Position numbers and translations under genes: made by a program. From the IMG/VR virus record IMGVR_UViG_3300034134_000022, positions 1 to 64,000 of that record: 64,000 nucleotides of DNA; one strand, 5' to 3'. Below, piece by piece: positions 45,004-53,835 of the stretch; position 1 is the first letter of the stretch; every line of letters starts with the position of its first letter. The notes under the pieces were generated by a model, which saw only the letters and a list, made by a program, of their open reading frames with translations, searched no databases and was not told where the DNA came from. The stretch is from a virus.

Positions 45004-47990
45004 CCCTGCTGATTTTGATTATTTAAAGAAGGGGTGTCCTGTCCATACTGACTATGAGTTAGGTCCCGCTCTAACCACTGCTCGTAAACTGCCTGCCTGC
45101 CGTCGTCCTGATCTACGTAGCTGTAACACCGCTGGCTAAACGATTTGATGTCTTCAGGAAACTCAAAGTCGTCTGGTAGGTCAAATTGTTCTTCGCGCCT
45201 GTCTGGGGTGAATTTGCCGATATAGCTGAGTTTCTTGCCCAGCTTATCTAGTAGCGTTTGCACGATCTGGATCGGGGTCATTTTGGGCGTGATGGTTAGC
45301 CCTAGCAGATCCCGAATACTGCGGCTGTAGTAGAGTGCTTTGTCGGCGATGTCTGCTACGGTGCGACTGAAGCGGGTGAAGCGGCGATCGGGGCGCAGCA
45401 GTTCTGTAATGCCGAGCGTGTCCATGATTTTGATGCCGCTGCCGACCTGGCTACGGTTGAGTGTGGGGAACCAGGCTTTGTTCTCGTGCAGCTCTCCCTC
45501 CAGGGCGCGGCGATCTCGCTCTTGCAGAAAGTCTCTGCCCAGCGTCAGGTAGTAATAGAGCCGAATTTTGGGATACCAGCCGCTGTCGTCCTTCTCGATT
45601 AACTCTGGTGTAACGGGTTGCAGATAGCGATCGCTCAGGGCGTGTTTCCGCTCTTTTGCCGTGTCTTCAGGGCTTTTCGCCTTCTGCTGCTTCAGCCGTT
45701 CGTATTGGTTAGGTGTGATGTCATCCGCAGCAGCGATCGCTTCACGCCATGCCCGATATTGCTTGTCTCTGGCATTTTTGAGGCTGGCGATCGTGTCTGC
45801 CAGTTCTGCCAGTTCTGTGGGGTCGAGAGACGGCACGACTTCAACCAGGTTGTGCCCCTCACCCTTGAGATTGTGCAGGATGACATCGCGGTAGTGTGCC
45901 ATGCCTGCGTTAATACGAGCGGCAAACTTAGACCAGGACTCCATCGCAGCGGCACTGCAATTAATTTCATCCAAGTCGAAATTGGCGATCGTCTGGTTCA
46001 ACGTGCCATTCGATAACGAGAGATTCGCCCAGGCAAGCTGATTCTGCGAGTAGAGCAGCATTTTGTGAGACACTGCCCCATTGCCAATGCGTCCCAGCCC
46101 GTACTTACTGACCCAGAGGTGTCGGGGGACTGGTTCTCTGACCCGTGCGAGGGACTGACGAGAAGAGTTCTCGGCACAGATGCCCTGGAAGCAGCCCCAC
46201 ACTGATGTGAAGTGCCCTCGGATATCAATGGAAACGCCTGTCTCAATAGAAGGTGAGGCGATGACGATATCGAAATTGGGTAGCACTTCATTGAGGTTTG
46301 AAACGCAGCCAAACGCTGGATGACTGGGATCGGCGATCGTCTCTGAGTCGATCCGCAAGATGCGCCTGTCAGGGTGGCGTTGGGTCAGCAGCGCTTCAAG
46401 GGTGCGCGTACTCCAGAGGCTCTTTGCCTTCTGGCTATGGGTGACGACAAATGGTCTGCCGCCGTCGGCGATGTGTGCGTCTAACTGCCCCAGCCAAACG
46501 GTGGGTTTAGTCTGGTCGTAGTGATGGATTTGCCACGCTTCCTCTTCGGGCTTCCAGTTGTTGACCAGCAGCCAAGGCTGAAGGGGTAGCCCGGTCAGTT
46601 CTTTGATGAAGTCGATGCTGAGGTTGGTCAGGTCGGCATCAGATAAGTAAATCCGTCCGCTCTGGCTGGTCAGTGTGTTGATCAGCAGTTCTTTAAGTTG
46701 CTGAAGGACTTCGATCCGGTGGTTCCGCACTTCGGTATCGGCACTCAGCAGGTGCCAGAAAACCTGTTCGCACTCATCAATAATGACGATCGCATCATTC
46801 CAGTTTTCGGCATGAAAGCGTGCCTGCGATGTTTCATGGAGGCTATCCACACAAAGCCCATAACCCAACAGTGAGCCTTGTTCTGCCGTGCGGAGTTCGG
46901 TGACGTAGGGCAAGCCCACACGATCGGCGATCGCCTGCACCAGCTGCACCCGATGGCCGATCAACAGCACGCGCTGCCCTGTCTGGGTTGCCTGCTCAAC
47001 GATATCGATGAAGCTCTCCGTCTTGCCCGTGCCTTTTGGCGATTTGAGGCAAACCAGCTTGGCTTCATCCGGCGGTGACACCTTGCCCAGATAGCGCTGC
47101 ACGACGCGCTGGCTAACGGGATACGTCAGCTTGGAGTATTGATGTACCTGCCACTGCCACAGCGGTTTAGCCGCGTCGTAGCAGCGCTGAAATGCCTCTA
47201 CGCCCTGTGCCACGATGAAATCATCGACTCCCTTTTCGGGCCCAGGCAGACTAATCACGTATACTTCGCAACCGACACGACTTAACAGCTTGCCCAGCTT
47301 GTTGATTTCCCGATTGACGGCAGCAACGGTTTTTGGTTTGCGATCGTGGTCGAAGGCGATGTAAAAACGCCGTCCAGGAATGGCGAACATAGCTAGATCG
47401 GCAATCAGATGAGGCTCGATTGGGTTGCCGAGCGTATCTTTGGTACGAACCGCGCTGGTGACTCCCCCCAGGGCGATCGCCACAAACCCAAAACTGAGCA
47501 AGCAGCACCCCTTCTTTGCGCCCTCCGTGAGAATGATGGGGATAGCTGGATTGGTTAGCGCTTCGAGCCAAAGCCGTGGCTTGCTGGGTACAGCAGCGAA
47601 AAATGCCCGTGCGCTGCCTTTGCCCAACGGCTGCTCGTACTTGAGTTCCTTGCCCTTGCTGCTGCGTGCCCTGTCGAGCTTCAAGCAGCCCCACTCCATC
47701 CGCTCCCAGTGGTTGAGCGGGTCTAGCCCTCGAAATGTCCACGCTCTCTGGTTTTCCCGTGCCTGGTGCCCGAAGCGCGTCACCTGCCAGTTCAGGAACT
47801 CATGGATGGGGTAGCGTGGTTCGTGGCTGTGGGGGTCGATCGCGATGTCATAAATCGTCTCGACGTTTGCGGCAATAATCTCGCCACTGACACCGGATGC
47901 CTGCCATTCTTGCCAGTGTTCCAGCGCAAGAGTCTCTGTAGAAAGAAATTCTGTTGCCGCGTTGACCGATTTTTTGGAGAGTGCTGTCAT
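44979..47990 (-). CDS. replicative primase-helicase-like protein (Toprim/DUF3854-like N-terminus plus P-loop helicase)
   Basis: 1003 aa. Walker A: LKSPKGTGKTES. Walker B/DExx: AIVIIDECEQV. The N-terminal ILTEGAKKG...FYIAFDHD is a Toprim-like acidic motif. The architecture recalls cyanobacterial plasmid CyRepA-type replication proteins. Confidence 0.6.
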   Translation of the reverse strand: MTALSKKSVNAATEFLSTETLALEHWQEWQASGVSGEIIAANVETIYDIAIDPHSHEPRYPIHEFLNWQVTRFGHQARENQRAWTFRGLDPLNHWERMEWGCLKLDRARSSKGKELKYEQPLGKGSARAFFAAVPSKPRLWLEALTNPAIPIILTEGAKKGCCLLSFGFVAIALGGVTSAVRTKDTLGNPIEPHLIADLAMFAIPGRRFYIAFDHDRKPKTVAAVNREINKLGKLLSRVGCEVYVISLPGPEKGVDDFIVAQGVEAFQRCYDAAKPLWQWQVHQYSKLTYPVSQRVVQRYLGKVSPPDEAKLVCLKSPKGTGKTESFIDIVEQATQTGQRVLLIGHRVQLVQAIADRVGLPYVTELRTAEQGSLLGYGLCVDSLHETSQARFHAENWNDAIVIIDECEQVFWHLLSADTEVRNHRIEVLQQLKELLINTLTSQSGRIYLSDADLTNLSIDFIKELTGLPLQPWLLVNNWKPEEEAWQIHHYDQTKPTVWLGQLDAHIADGGRPFVVTHSQKAKSLWSTRTLEALLTQRHPDRRILRIDSETIADPSHPAFGCVSNLNEVLPNFDIVIASPSIETGVSIDIRGHFTSVWGCFQGICAENSSRQSLARVREPVPRHLWVSKYGLGRIGNGAVSHKMLLYSQNQLAWANLSLSNGTLNQTIANFDLDEINCSAAAMESWSKFAARINAGMAHYRDVILHNLKGEGHNLVEVVPSLDPTELAELADTIASLKNARDKQYRAWREAIAAADDITPNQYERLKQQKAKSPEDTAKERKHALSDRYLQPVTPELIEKDDSGWYPKIRLYYYLTLGRDFLQERDRRALEGELHENKAWFPTLNRSQVGSGIKIMDTLGITELLRPDRRFTRFSRTVADIADKALYYSRSIRDLLGLTITPKMTPIQIVQTLLDKLGKKLSYIGKFTPDRREEQFDLPDDFEFPEDIKSFSQRCYSYVDQDDGRQAVYEQWLERDLTHSQYGQDTPSLNNQNQQGCPTGGAQ

Positions 47991-48220
47991 GATAGGGGTA
48001 TCTAATAAGGCGTGTCCCAGCCCTGTAACCAGAGCCGGGACATTTTTTTAAACGGTTTGAAGGGTGCGACCGTGGATTGTCGTGACAATATCAAGCGTTA
48101 CGAGGCGTTTGAGAATCATTGGGTGAGATGTTATAAGTAGTGCATTCATACGCATGGCTCTGGCTGTGGTGTATGTGCGTGTTGGAATCTGCGTGCCGAC
48201 AGATTGGGAGTCGGGCGGCA

Positions 48221-48260
48221 CAAAGAAATTGGGCGATCGCGGTATCAACTGCGATCGCCC
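48221..48260 (-). terminator. hairpin built from two HIP1 copies (possible terminator of 48264..48533)
   Basis: GGGCGATCGC, 10-nt loop, GCGATCGCCC, followed on the - strand by AATTTCTTTG. Confidence 0.35.
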
Positions 48261-48263
48261 TTG

Positions 48264-48533
48264 TCATGAGGAGGCAGGAAGTTTGGCGACTTTCTGCAAC
48301 TCGCTCTGCATCTCTCGCTCTGCTTTTTCAGAAATGGCTTGATTGATCCATTCTTCGCGGGTCAGCAGTCTGCCATAAAGTTTCAGCGATTTAGCGGATT
48401 GTTCAACGGCGGTCTCATAGGCTTCTCTGGAAATGCGAGGGCGAAAGATTTGCGAACGGGCTTGCTCGATTTGGCTAGATCCAACTGTCTTAGACATGGG
48501 ATATTGTCTCAACTGTCTAAGGTAGTCTAGCAA
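48264..48533 (-). CDS. hypothetical regulator candidate (leftward arm of the switch region)
   Basis: 89 aa, divergent from the XRE-type gene at 48601. An alternative start is 48497. Confidence 0.4.
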   Translation of the reverse strand: MLDYLRQLRQYPMSKTVGSSQIEQARSQIFRPRISREAYETAVEQSAKSLKLYGRLLTREEWINQAISEKAEREMQSELQKVAKLPASS

Positions 48534-48600
48534 ATCTTCGTCCGTTTGGACAGATCGCCCTTAAATTGGGTAGTCTTAAGAAAGATAGCGATCAAACACT

Positions 48601-48960
48601 ATGAACCGTGTCACCGTAAATGTGGCGACCAGAAAATACACCGAAGAAGGAGTCAAGCGGATGGCAAAGGTCATCCAAGCAACTCTCAAAGTTCGAGGCT
48701 GGACTGAGAGGGAGCTTTCTCGTGCCACAGAAGGCAGCACCAACACGATTTCGCACGGCACTGCAAACCGCTATGCCAAAGGCAGGGTGGTTGAGCCTAC
48801 AGAGCAAGTGCTTGAAGCGATTGCTCCTTTTATCTATCGACTCATTGCTATCAATGGCGATGATATTGAGCTAGATCTGGAGCGCACCTATGAAGACGAT
48901 TGGGAGGAGTTTGCCAAAATTGGCTCAAGTGAGTTCGCCGGAAACTCTAATGCTCATTAG
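48601..48960 (+). CDS. XRE-family helix-turn-helix regulator (repressor candidate)
   Basis: LKVRGWTERELSRATEGSTNTISHGTANRYAKG is an HTH_XRE pattern. It is an isolated + strand gene inside the - strand block. Confidence 0.5.
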   Translation: MNRVTVNVATRKYTEEGVKRMAKVIQATLKVRGWTERELSRATEGSTNTISHGTANRYAKGRVVEPTEQVLEAIAPFIYRLIAINGDDIELDLERTYEDDWEEFAKIGSSEFAGNSNAH

Positions 48961-49191
48961 ATCCGAGCTTAGGTGGGGGTGCAATTCTGCTAAATCTTTC
49001 TCTACAAGCTGCATCCCCGCTTCAATCGCTTGCTTAGGAGAGGCGTAGATTTGCCAATCAGTGCAAACATCAAAATCGGGAGATGGGGACACACAGCGGT
49101 TCTGATACCCTTTTGTTTGTGCAATAAGACATGATTGCTCAATCTCCACAAAGTAAAGCAGCCACCCTTGATAAAACAGCATGGCAGTCAA
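48925..49191 (-). CDS. hypothetical protein
   Basis: 88-aa ORF convergent with the XRE gene; their 3' ends overlap. Confidence 0.4.
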   Translation of the reverse strand: MTAMLFYQGWLLYFVEIEQSCLIAQTKGYQNRCVSPSPDFDVCTDWQIYASPKQAIEAGMQLVEKDLAELHPHLSSDLMSIRVSGELT

Positions 49192-49331
49192 AATGCCCTT
49201 TACTCCAGTCTATAAAAGGAAACTCGTGATGCGCTGCGTTGTACTACTTGCCTAGCGGTTTCTTTCAGATATTGCTGAAGCCTAATCTCTGTTCTACACG
49301 ACCCAGCACCTCTTTAAGCCATCTTTTTAGC

Positions 49332-49553
49332 TCACTTTTTGGCTTTTCGCTTAAGCAGCCATTCATCTAAAAGTAGCTGAATTAACTCGGAATATTCCAT
49401 TTCTTCCTTAAAAAGCGCATTTTTCACCGCTTTGTAGGTTTTTAGCGTAACGTAGCCCGAAATTTGGATGTAATTTGGGTTGCTGCGCTTGCCTTTGGGG
49501 CGACCGAGGGGCTTACTGCGTGTCGCTTTTGGTTTGGGGGAGTCGGAAGCCAT
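49332..49553 (-). CDS. ribbon-helix-helix (CopG/ParG-like) DNA-binding protein
   Basis: Basic N-terminal tail, then YIQISGYVTLKTYKAVKNALFKEEMEYSELIQLLLDEWL (beta strand plus two helices). Direct repeats lie upstream. Confidence 0.5.
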   Translation of the reverse strand: MASDSPKPKATRSKPLGRPKGKRSNPNYIQISGYVTLKTYKAVKNALFKEEMEYSELIQLLLDEWLLKRKAKK

Positions 49554-49608
49554 ACTAAAACCTGATCAAGTCAGGTCTAAGCATGGTGGATCAGTTGGTT
49601 CAGCAGCT

Positions 49609-49671
49609 TTTCGCTTTAGCGCTTAAGCAAAAAGCCTCTTTTAGAGTTTCGCTTTAGCGCTTAAGCAAAAA
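49609..49671. repeat. two perfect 25-nt direct repeats (operator/iteron candidate)
   Basis: TTTCGCTTTAGCGCTTAAGCAAAAA at 49609-49633 and 49647-49671. A partial copy TTTCGCTTAAGCA lies at 49345-49357. Confidence 0.85.
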
Positions 49672-49672
49672 T

Positions 49673-49700
49673 AAAAAAGACCCCACTGTGAGCGGGGTCT
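49673..49700 (-). terminator. Rho-independent terminator after 49737..50789
   Basis: On the - strand: AGACCCC, 9-nt loop, GGGGTCT, followed by TTTTTT. Confidence 0.6.
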
Positions 49701-49736
49701 AGGGGGTGCATCTACTTAAACTTAACCCAGTGTTCC

Positions 49737-50789
49737 CTACACGACTTCAGTAGGCTCGGCTGGGGCTAATTCTGCATTGGTGGCCGTGCCGCCGATCGTC
49801 TCTTTGGCAATTTTGATCATGCCTTTAGCAACTGCCCCACGACTAGAGGCAGGATATTTGCTCAGAATCTTATGGAACGATCGCTCCGCCAAGCTGCCTT
49901 TCGACGTGGGCATCCTGTCTTCAGGGAAAGCTGCGATGCCTTCAAACACTTCTGCTCGCAACGGGCTATCTTCTTCCCAACCTTGGGCATCTAAGAATCT
50001 ACCGATCGTCACGGCATAGCTCTGTGCCTTGAAAAAATCTCTCAGACGAGGTTCTTTGATTGTCTTAACTGCTGTTGTGGGTGCTTTGCCATTTTTGAGA
50101 CTGGCATCACGAGACCGTTTTGATGGTTGTGGTGACAGCGCTTGGGGAGCGATCTGTACAGTGCTTGGTGCCATCAAGAAGTCTGCTTCTAACCGTTTGA
50201 GGTAGTTGCTAACCCAGAGACGCTGGTCTTTGTCAGTGGTCATGTAGGCACCATCGGGAAGGATGCCAGCAACGCCGCCAAGTTGGTTGATTTCAGCAGC
50301 AATGCGATCCACTGGAATGCCTGCCTTTTGTGCCAGGTAGTTCAAGTCAATAAATTTGGGTAAGTCTTGAGTGGCTACGGTGCTAACGGCTGGCTCAGTT
50401 GGTGCCGTTTGAGTTGGAGTAGGACGTGTTTTCGTTGCGACCATAGATGAATCAATCTCCTGCGCGATTGATTCTAGTGTAGGCTCTATGGTTGCTAGTG
50501 TCTCAAGCAATTGTGTACTCGCGCAATACACCAAATAACCATCAGCAAAAATAGAAAGGACATTGACTGCTGCAATCGTCCAGCTTGCCATGCGGATATC
50601 GACTAACGCGGGTTGTAAGTCGTCCCATGTGGGGCGATCGCAGATAACCAACAGATCATTGTTCAAACTGGAGCGTTGCACCTTGCAGGATCGCAAGACG
50701 GGGAACGCTGCTTCTAGCCGCTGCAAGTTGAACTTGTTCAGCAGCTCACAGTCTTCGGCGTTGAGTTCGGCATTAAAAGCAAGCGACAT
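49737..50789 (-). CDS. hypothetical protein (350 aa)
   Basis: Long ORF downstream of the recombinase gene with a central Thr/Pro-rich linker. Confidence 0.6.
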   Translation of the reverse strand: MSLAFNAELNAEDCELLNKFNLQRLEAAFPVLRSCKVQRSSLNNDLLVICDRPTWDDLQPALVDIRMASWTIAAVNVLSIFADGYLVYCASTQLLETLATIEPTLESIAQEIDSSMVATKTRPTPTQTAPTEPAVSTVATQDLPKFIDLNYLAQKAGIPVDRIAAEINQLGGVAGILPDGAYMTTDKDQRLWVSNYLKRLEADFLMAPSTVQIAPQALSPQPSKRSRDASLKNGKAPTTAVKTIKEPRLRDFFKAQSYAVTIGRFLDAQGWEEDSPLRAEVFEGIAAFPEDRMPTSKGSLAERSFHKILSKYPASSRGAVAKGMIKIAKETIGGTATNAELAPAEPTEVV

Positions 50790-50836
50790 GATTGAGGCTC
50801 AGGCTCTAGGGGACGGGTTAGCGTTCCTACCTGAGC

Positions 50837-51811
50837 TTAGTCCACCAATCCAGCCAGCAGGTCAGTGACTTTGCCTTGGGCATTGGTGCGGTTATCGTCA
50901 TACAGCATCAGAGTTTCTATACGTGCATGACGGCTGAGTTTCTGCACTTCTCGCACATTGCCATTGGTGGCATTGAGAGCCGCCGTAATGCTGCTGTGTC
51001 GGCAACGGTGGGGAGAGAGATGCTTGGCGATGCCTGCTGCTGTTGCCGTCTCTACTACTAGGGTATAGATGGCATTGCCGGAAAGCCGGTGGCCGTAGTG
51101 GGCGCGATCGAGGGCGATGAACAAGGGGGAGTGGGGAGTAGGGAGTGGGGAGTGGGGAGTTCTAGCCTCTAACCACTCTGCGATCGCGCTAACCGTCGCA
51201 CCACTCAAACTAATTGTTTCTGCCTGCGTGCCCTTGCCTTTCCCAAAAATGACCAGCGTTTGGGCATCGGGGTCGAAGTTGCTGATATTGGTTTTACTCA
51301 CTTCGTCGCGGCGCAAGGCATTGTCCCAGAGCAGGCGCAAGATCGCATAATTGCGTTTGCCTGCCAGTGTGGTGCGATCGGGCACTGCCAGCAGCTTGCG
51401 ATACGCCTCTAAGCTAATGCCAGTGGTATCGCGGTAGCTTTGCACCTTCTCGCTCTCAATTTGCTCCAGGCTCCACTGACAGCGATCGACCTTTTGAGCA
51501 AAGGTGACGAGGGACTTGAGAGCCGACAGCCGACGATTTACCGTTGCCTCGCTCAGTTTGCGCTCAATGAGGATCGACTTGTATTTAAGTACCAAAGAAA
51601 TAGCAGCCCCACGCTCCAGGCTCAAAAACTGCCCCATGAGCGTGGGTGTGGGTTGCTGGTTGGTTACTGTAAGGAAAAAGTCACGCACGTCTCTGGCGTA
51701 TGCCCGTCGCGTGTTTTCGCTACGCTTGTCTGCCAAATGCTCTGCGAGGATGTCTCGCTCTGTGACGTGAAACAGGAAGGGTGAAGCGGCTGCTTGAACG
51801 AGGTTGCTCAC
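50837..51811 (-). CDS. tyrosine recombinase / integrase (XerC/D-like)
   Basis: RNYAILRLLWDNALRRDEV (catalytic Arg region), HRCRHSSIT (H-x-x-R) and SRHARIETLMLY (His/Tyr region). Confidence 0.85.
   Translation of the reverse strand: MSNLVQAAASPFLFHVTERDILAEHLADKRSENTRRAYARDVRDFFLTVTNQQPTPTLMGQFLSLERGAAISLVLKYKSILIERKLSEATVNRRLSALKSLVTFAQKVDRCQWSLEQIESEKVQSYRDTTGISLEAYRKLLAVPDRTTLAGKRNYAILRLLWDNALRRDEVSKTNISNFDPDAQTLVIFGKGKGTQAETISLSGATVSAIAEWLEARTPHSPLPTPHSPLFIALDRAHYGHRLSGNAIYTLVVETATAAGIAKHLSPHRCRHSSITAALNATNGNVREVQKLSRHARIETLMLYDDNRTNAQGKVTDLLAGLVD
51126..51160. repeat. heptamer tandem repeat (GGGGAGT)x5 inside the integrase CDS
   Basis: Units start at 51126, 51133, 51140 (AGGGAGT), 51147 and 51154. 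On the coding strand they encode PHSPLPTPHSPL. Confidence 0.85.
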
Positions 51812-52093
51812 TGGGATTAGACAAAGCTACTCGCTAGCATTCCTCCTATTGAAACGTGTTGGTTTAGGTTGCCACCGAAGCGATAGCGCCGGGAGAGCCA
51901 GCAATTATTGCCCACATTTCACCACCATGAGTTTGGTTTCATTGTGTGTATGTGACGGATGGACAAATGCCAAGACGGTTACCCCAATCGAACAAGGTAA
52001 CTGTGTGAGGAGCGTTTCTCGACCCCACATACATAAAAGGAGCCAAGGGTTTTCAGACCTCAGCTCCCTGATAAATAAACAACTAACATAATC

Positions 52094-52279
52094 ATGCAAA
52101 ATCCAAAGGTCAAAAGCAATCTAACGCTAGAACTTATTGCGGCTATCGTAGCGCTCGCAATCTTAACTAACTACCCCGGACGTATTGTGGGGGAAGGTGC
52201 AGTCGGACCAGCAAGTGGGCGCATTACCATTGAGGGTCAGCCTTCGAGTGATCAACCCAAGCTACCTAAAGCCAACTAA
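52094..52279 (+). CDS. small membrane protein
   Basis: 61 aa with a hydrophobic helix (LELIAAIVALAIL). AT-rich and HIP1-free. Confidence 0.4.
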   Translation: MQNPKVKSNLTLELIAAIVALAILTNYPGRIVGEGAVGPASGRITIEGQPSSDQPKLPKAN

Positions 52280-52294
52280 CCTGCTGCGCTAACC

Positions 52295-52332
52295 AAGAGT
52301 CATTATCACCCTAGCAAGTGATAATGACTCTT
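52295..52332 (+). terminator. 15-bp perfect hairpin (possible terminator)
   Basis: AAGAGTCATTATCAC, 8-nt loop, GTGATAATGACTCTT. Only a weak T-tract follows. Confidence 0.35.
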
Positions 52333-52371
52333 TCTACATACTAGAAAATGACTTGCGTTATGGTTTAACTG

Positions 52372-52764
52372 ATGCTATCAGGTCACAGAATGTTTGAATG
52401 CCACATTATTGTGTTTCTTCCTGTTCGTTTGATCGGGGATGAAGAGCGTTATTACTCAACGGTTGCTAAGTATGACTTTGACCCTGGCTTGCAGCATGGT
52501 GATAGCATCCGAATCAATAACGCCCCTTTTATCACCAGAACAAGGGACGATGTACCGATCAAAAGTGAGCGCACATTCAGTTTTGATGCACAGATTTTGC
52601 ATCGCAGGCGATACATAAACTGTGATGTTCCTGCTGATAAATTCATCCTGGCCATTGAAATTGAGATTGCTGACAAAGAGGTAATTCCAGAAATAGTGGA
52701 CTACTTTCAAGAGACGTTCCCTGGACAGTATGAACGATACCCAATCGAACCTGATTCTGATTGA
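52372..52764 (+). CDS. hypothetical protein (AT-rich moron)
   Basis: 130 aa; an alternative start is ATG 52390. No HIP1. Confidence 0.45.
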   Translation: MLSGHRMFECHIIVFLPVRLIGDEERYYSTVAKYDFDPGLQHGDSIRINNAPFITRTRDDVPIKSERTFSFDAQILHRRRYINCDVPADKFILAIEIEIADKEVIPEIVDYFQETFPGQYERYPIEPDSD

Positions 52765-52771
52765 AGTTAGT

Positions 52772-53119
52772 TTAAGTGCCTTTCACCTGATAGTGCTGGC
52801 AGCCTTCGCATGGTCCAGTCGGATTAACGGCGCAGCGGATGATGGGCGATCGCGCATTGAACTGGCATGATCGATCGCCGATGGCATCAGGGTGAATGCG
52901 CTGAATTTCCTCGGCTCGTTCACGATGTCGTGTCCTGTCGCCCAACACATCAGCAGTCTGAGCCAATAAAACTGCCATTACGACAATCAGGGCATTGCCT
53001 TGAGCCAACCAGCGTCCAGGGTCAACACCTGCTAGACCCCATACCCAAAACAGCCCACTGCTCAAAGCAACCGTGGCGTAAGAAGCAAATTTGAGCCGTT
53101 GCCAGTCTTTTGCACTCAT
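52772..53119 (-). CDS. membrane protein with Cys-rich C-terminus
   Basis: Three hydrophobic segments, then CQFNARSPIIRCAVNPTGPCEGCQHY. Confidence 0.5.
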   Translation of the reverse strand: MSAKDWQRLKFASYATVALSSGLFWVWGLAGVDPGRWLAQGNALIVVMAVLLAQTADVLGDRTRHRERAEEIQRIHPDAIGDRSCQFNARSPIIRCAVNPTGPCEGCQHYQVKGT

Positions 53120-53445
53120 GGGCTATGTCCCCATGTTGCCAAAAGTTGCTCGACAGCATCCGTAGCAGCGTTTGCATCGGCAGTCCGCCACAAGCGATCG
53201 TGCGCCATACCCCAATCAGCAATGGCATGCTGGAGGACTAACCGCGCCCGCTCCTGCGATCGCTGATTAAGCTCTGCTTCGATTTGGCTCACAAACAGCT
53301 TTGCACCCTCGTGCCACATCGCCCACTCAGGCTGATCACGCATCCACTCCCAGGCAATGAGCATGGCTTCAAGCTGCCCCACAGAAAAGTTTGCCCAGTC
53401 GTCGAAGATGGGCAACGGGATTTGGGTGGTCGGGGTTTCAGTCAT
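53116..53445 (-). CDS. hypothetical protein
   Basis: 109 aa with 4-nt overlaps on both sides. Confidence 0.5.
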   Translation of the reverse strand: MTETPTTQIPLPIFDDWANFSVGQLEAMLIAWEWMRDQPEWAMWHEGAKLFVSQIEAELNQRSQERARLVLQHAIADWGMAHDRLWRTADANAATDAVEQLLATWGHSP

Positions 53446-53741
53446 GTGCGTTCACTCGTGTAGGCGGAGCCTGTATCGCTCTCCTTGGTTTGCCACAGTG
53501 CCTCATCTATAAGCTGTTGACCTGTTTGAAGGGTGCTAGCAGCAATCATCTGCGGTTGCTGGAGGCATTCACCAACGGTTCGTGCAGCACGCTCCCATGC
53601 CTCTTTGATGGTTTGTGGCAGTTCATCAAACGAGGGCATGGGTTGCCCCTGAAAGTTTTTGAAGCCCGTCACTGCACCATAGGCGTTGTAAGCAGCATTG
53701 GCGATCGTGTTCCATGTGGCATCGTCAGGTTGGTTTTGCAT
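53442..53741 (-). CDS. hypothetical protein
   Basis: 99-aa ORF in the coupled operon. Confidence 0.5.
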   Translation of the reverse strand: MQNQPDDATWNTIANAAYNAYGAVTGFKNFQGQPMPSFDELPQTIKEAWERAARTVGECLQQPQMIAASTLQTGQQLIDEALWQTKESDTGSAYTSERT

Positions 53742-53835
53742 TGTAGTACAGATGGTTTATGCCGATTATCGCGACAAATGCCAAAAGGCGACACCCCCAG
53801 AATTGAGAGTGCCGCCTTTTGGCAAATATGGACGC

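Noticed and set aside
48014-48049. Hairpin (GTCCCAGC/GCCGGGAC) followed by seven T on the + strand, just upstream of the primase-helicase start.
   Set aside because: It looks like a + strand terminator, but no + strand gene lies upstream for >10 kb. On the - strand it has no T-run. No function could be assigned, so it is not reported as a feature.
49609-49671. Possible CRISPR array.
   Set aside because: There are only two 25-nt repeats with a 13-nt spacer, and no cas genes or further units. An operator or iteron is the better reading. No other CRISPR-like periodic repeats were seen in the window.
51812-52093. attP core or tRNA-derived attachment site next to the integrase.
   Set aside because: There is no tRNA-like segment and no repeat matching another part of the window, and no host flank is visible. 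Prophage or phage ends cannot be placed from this window.
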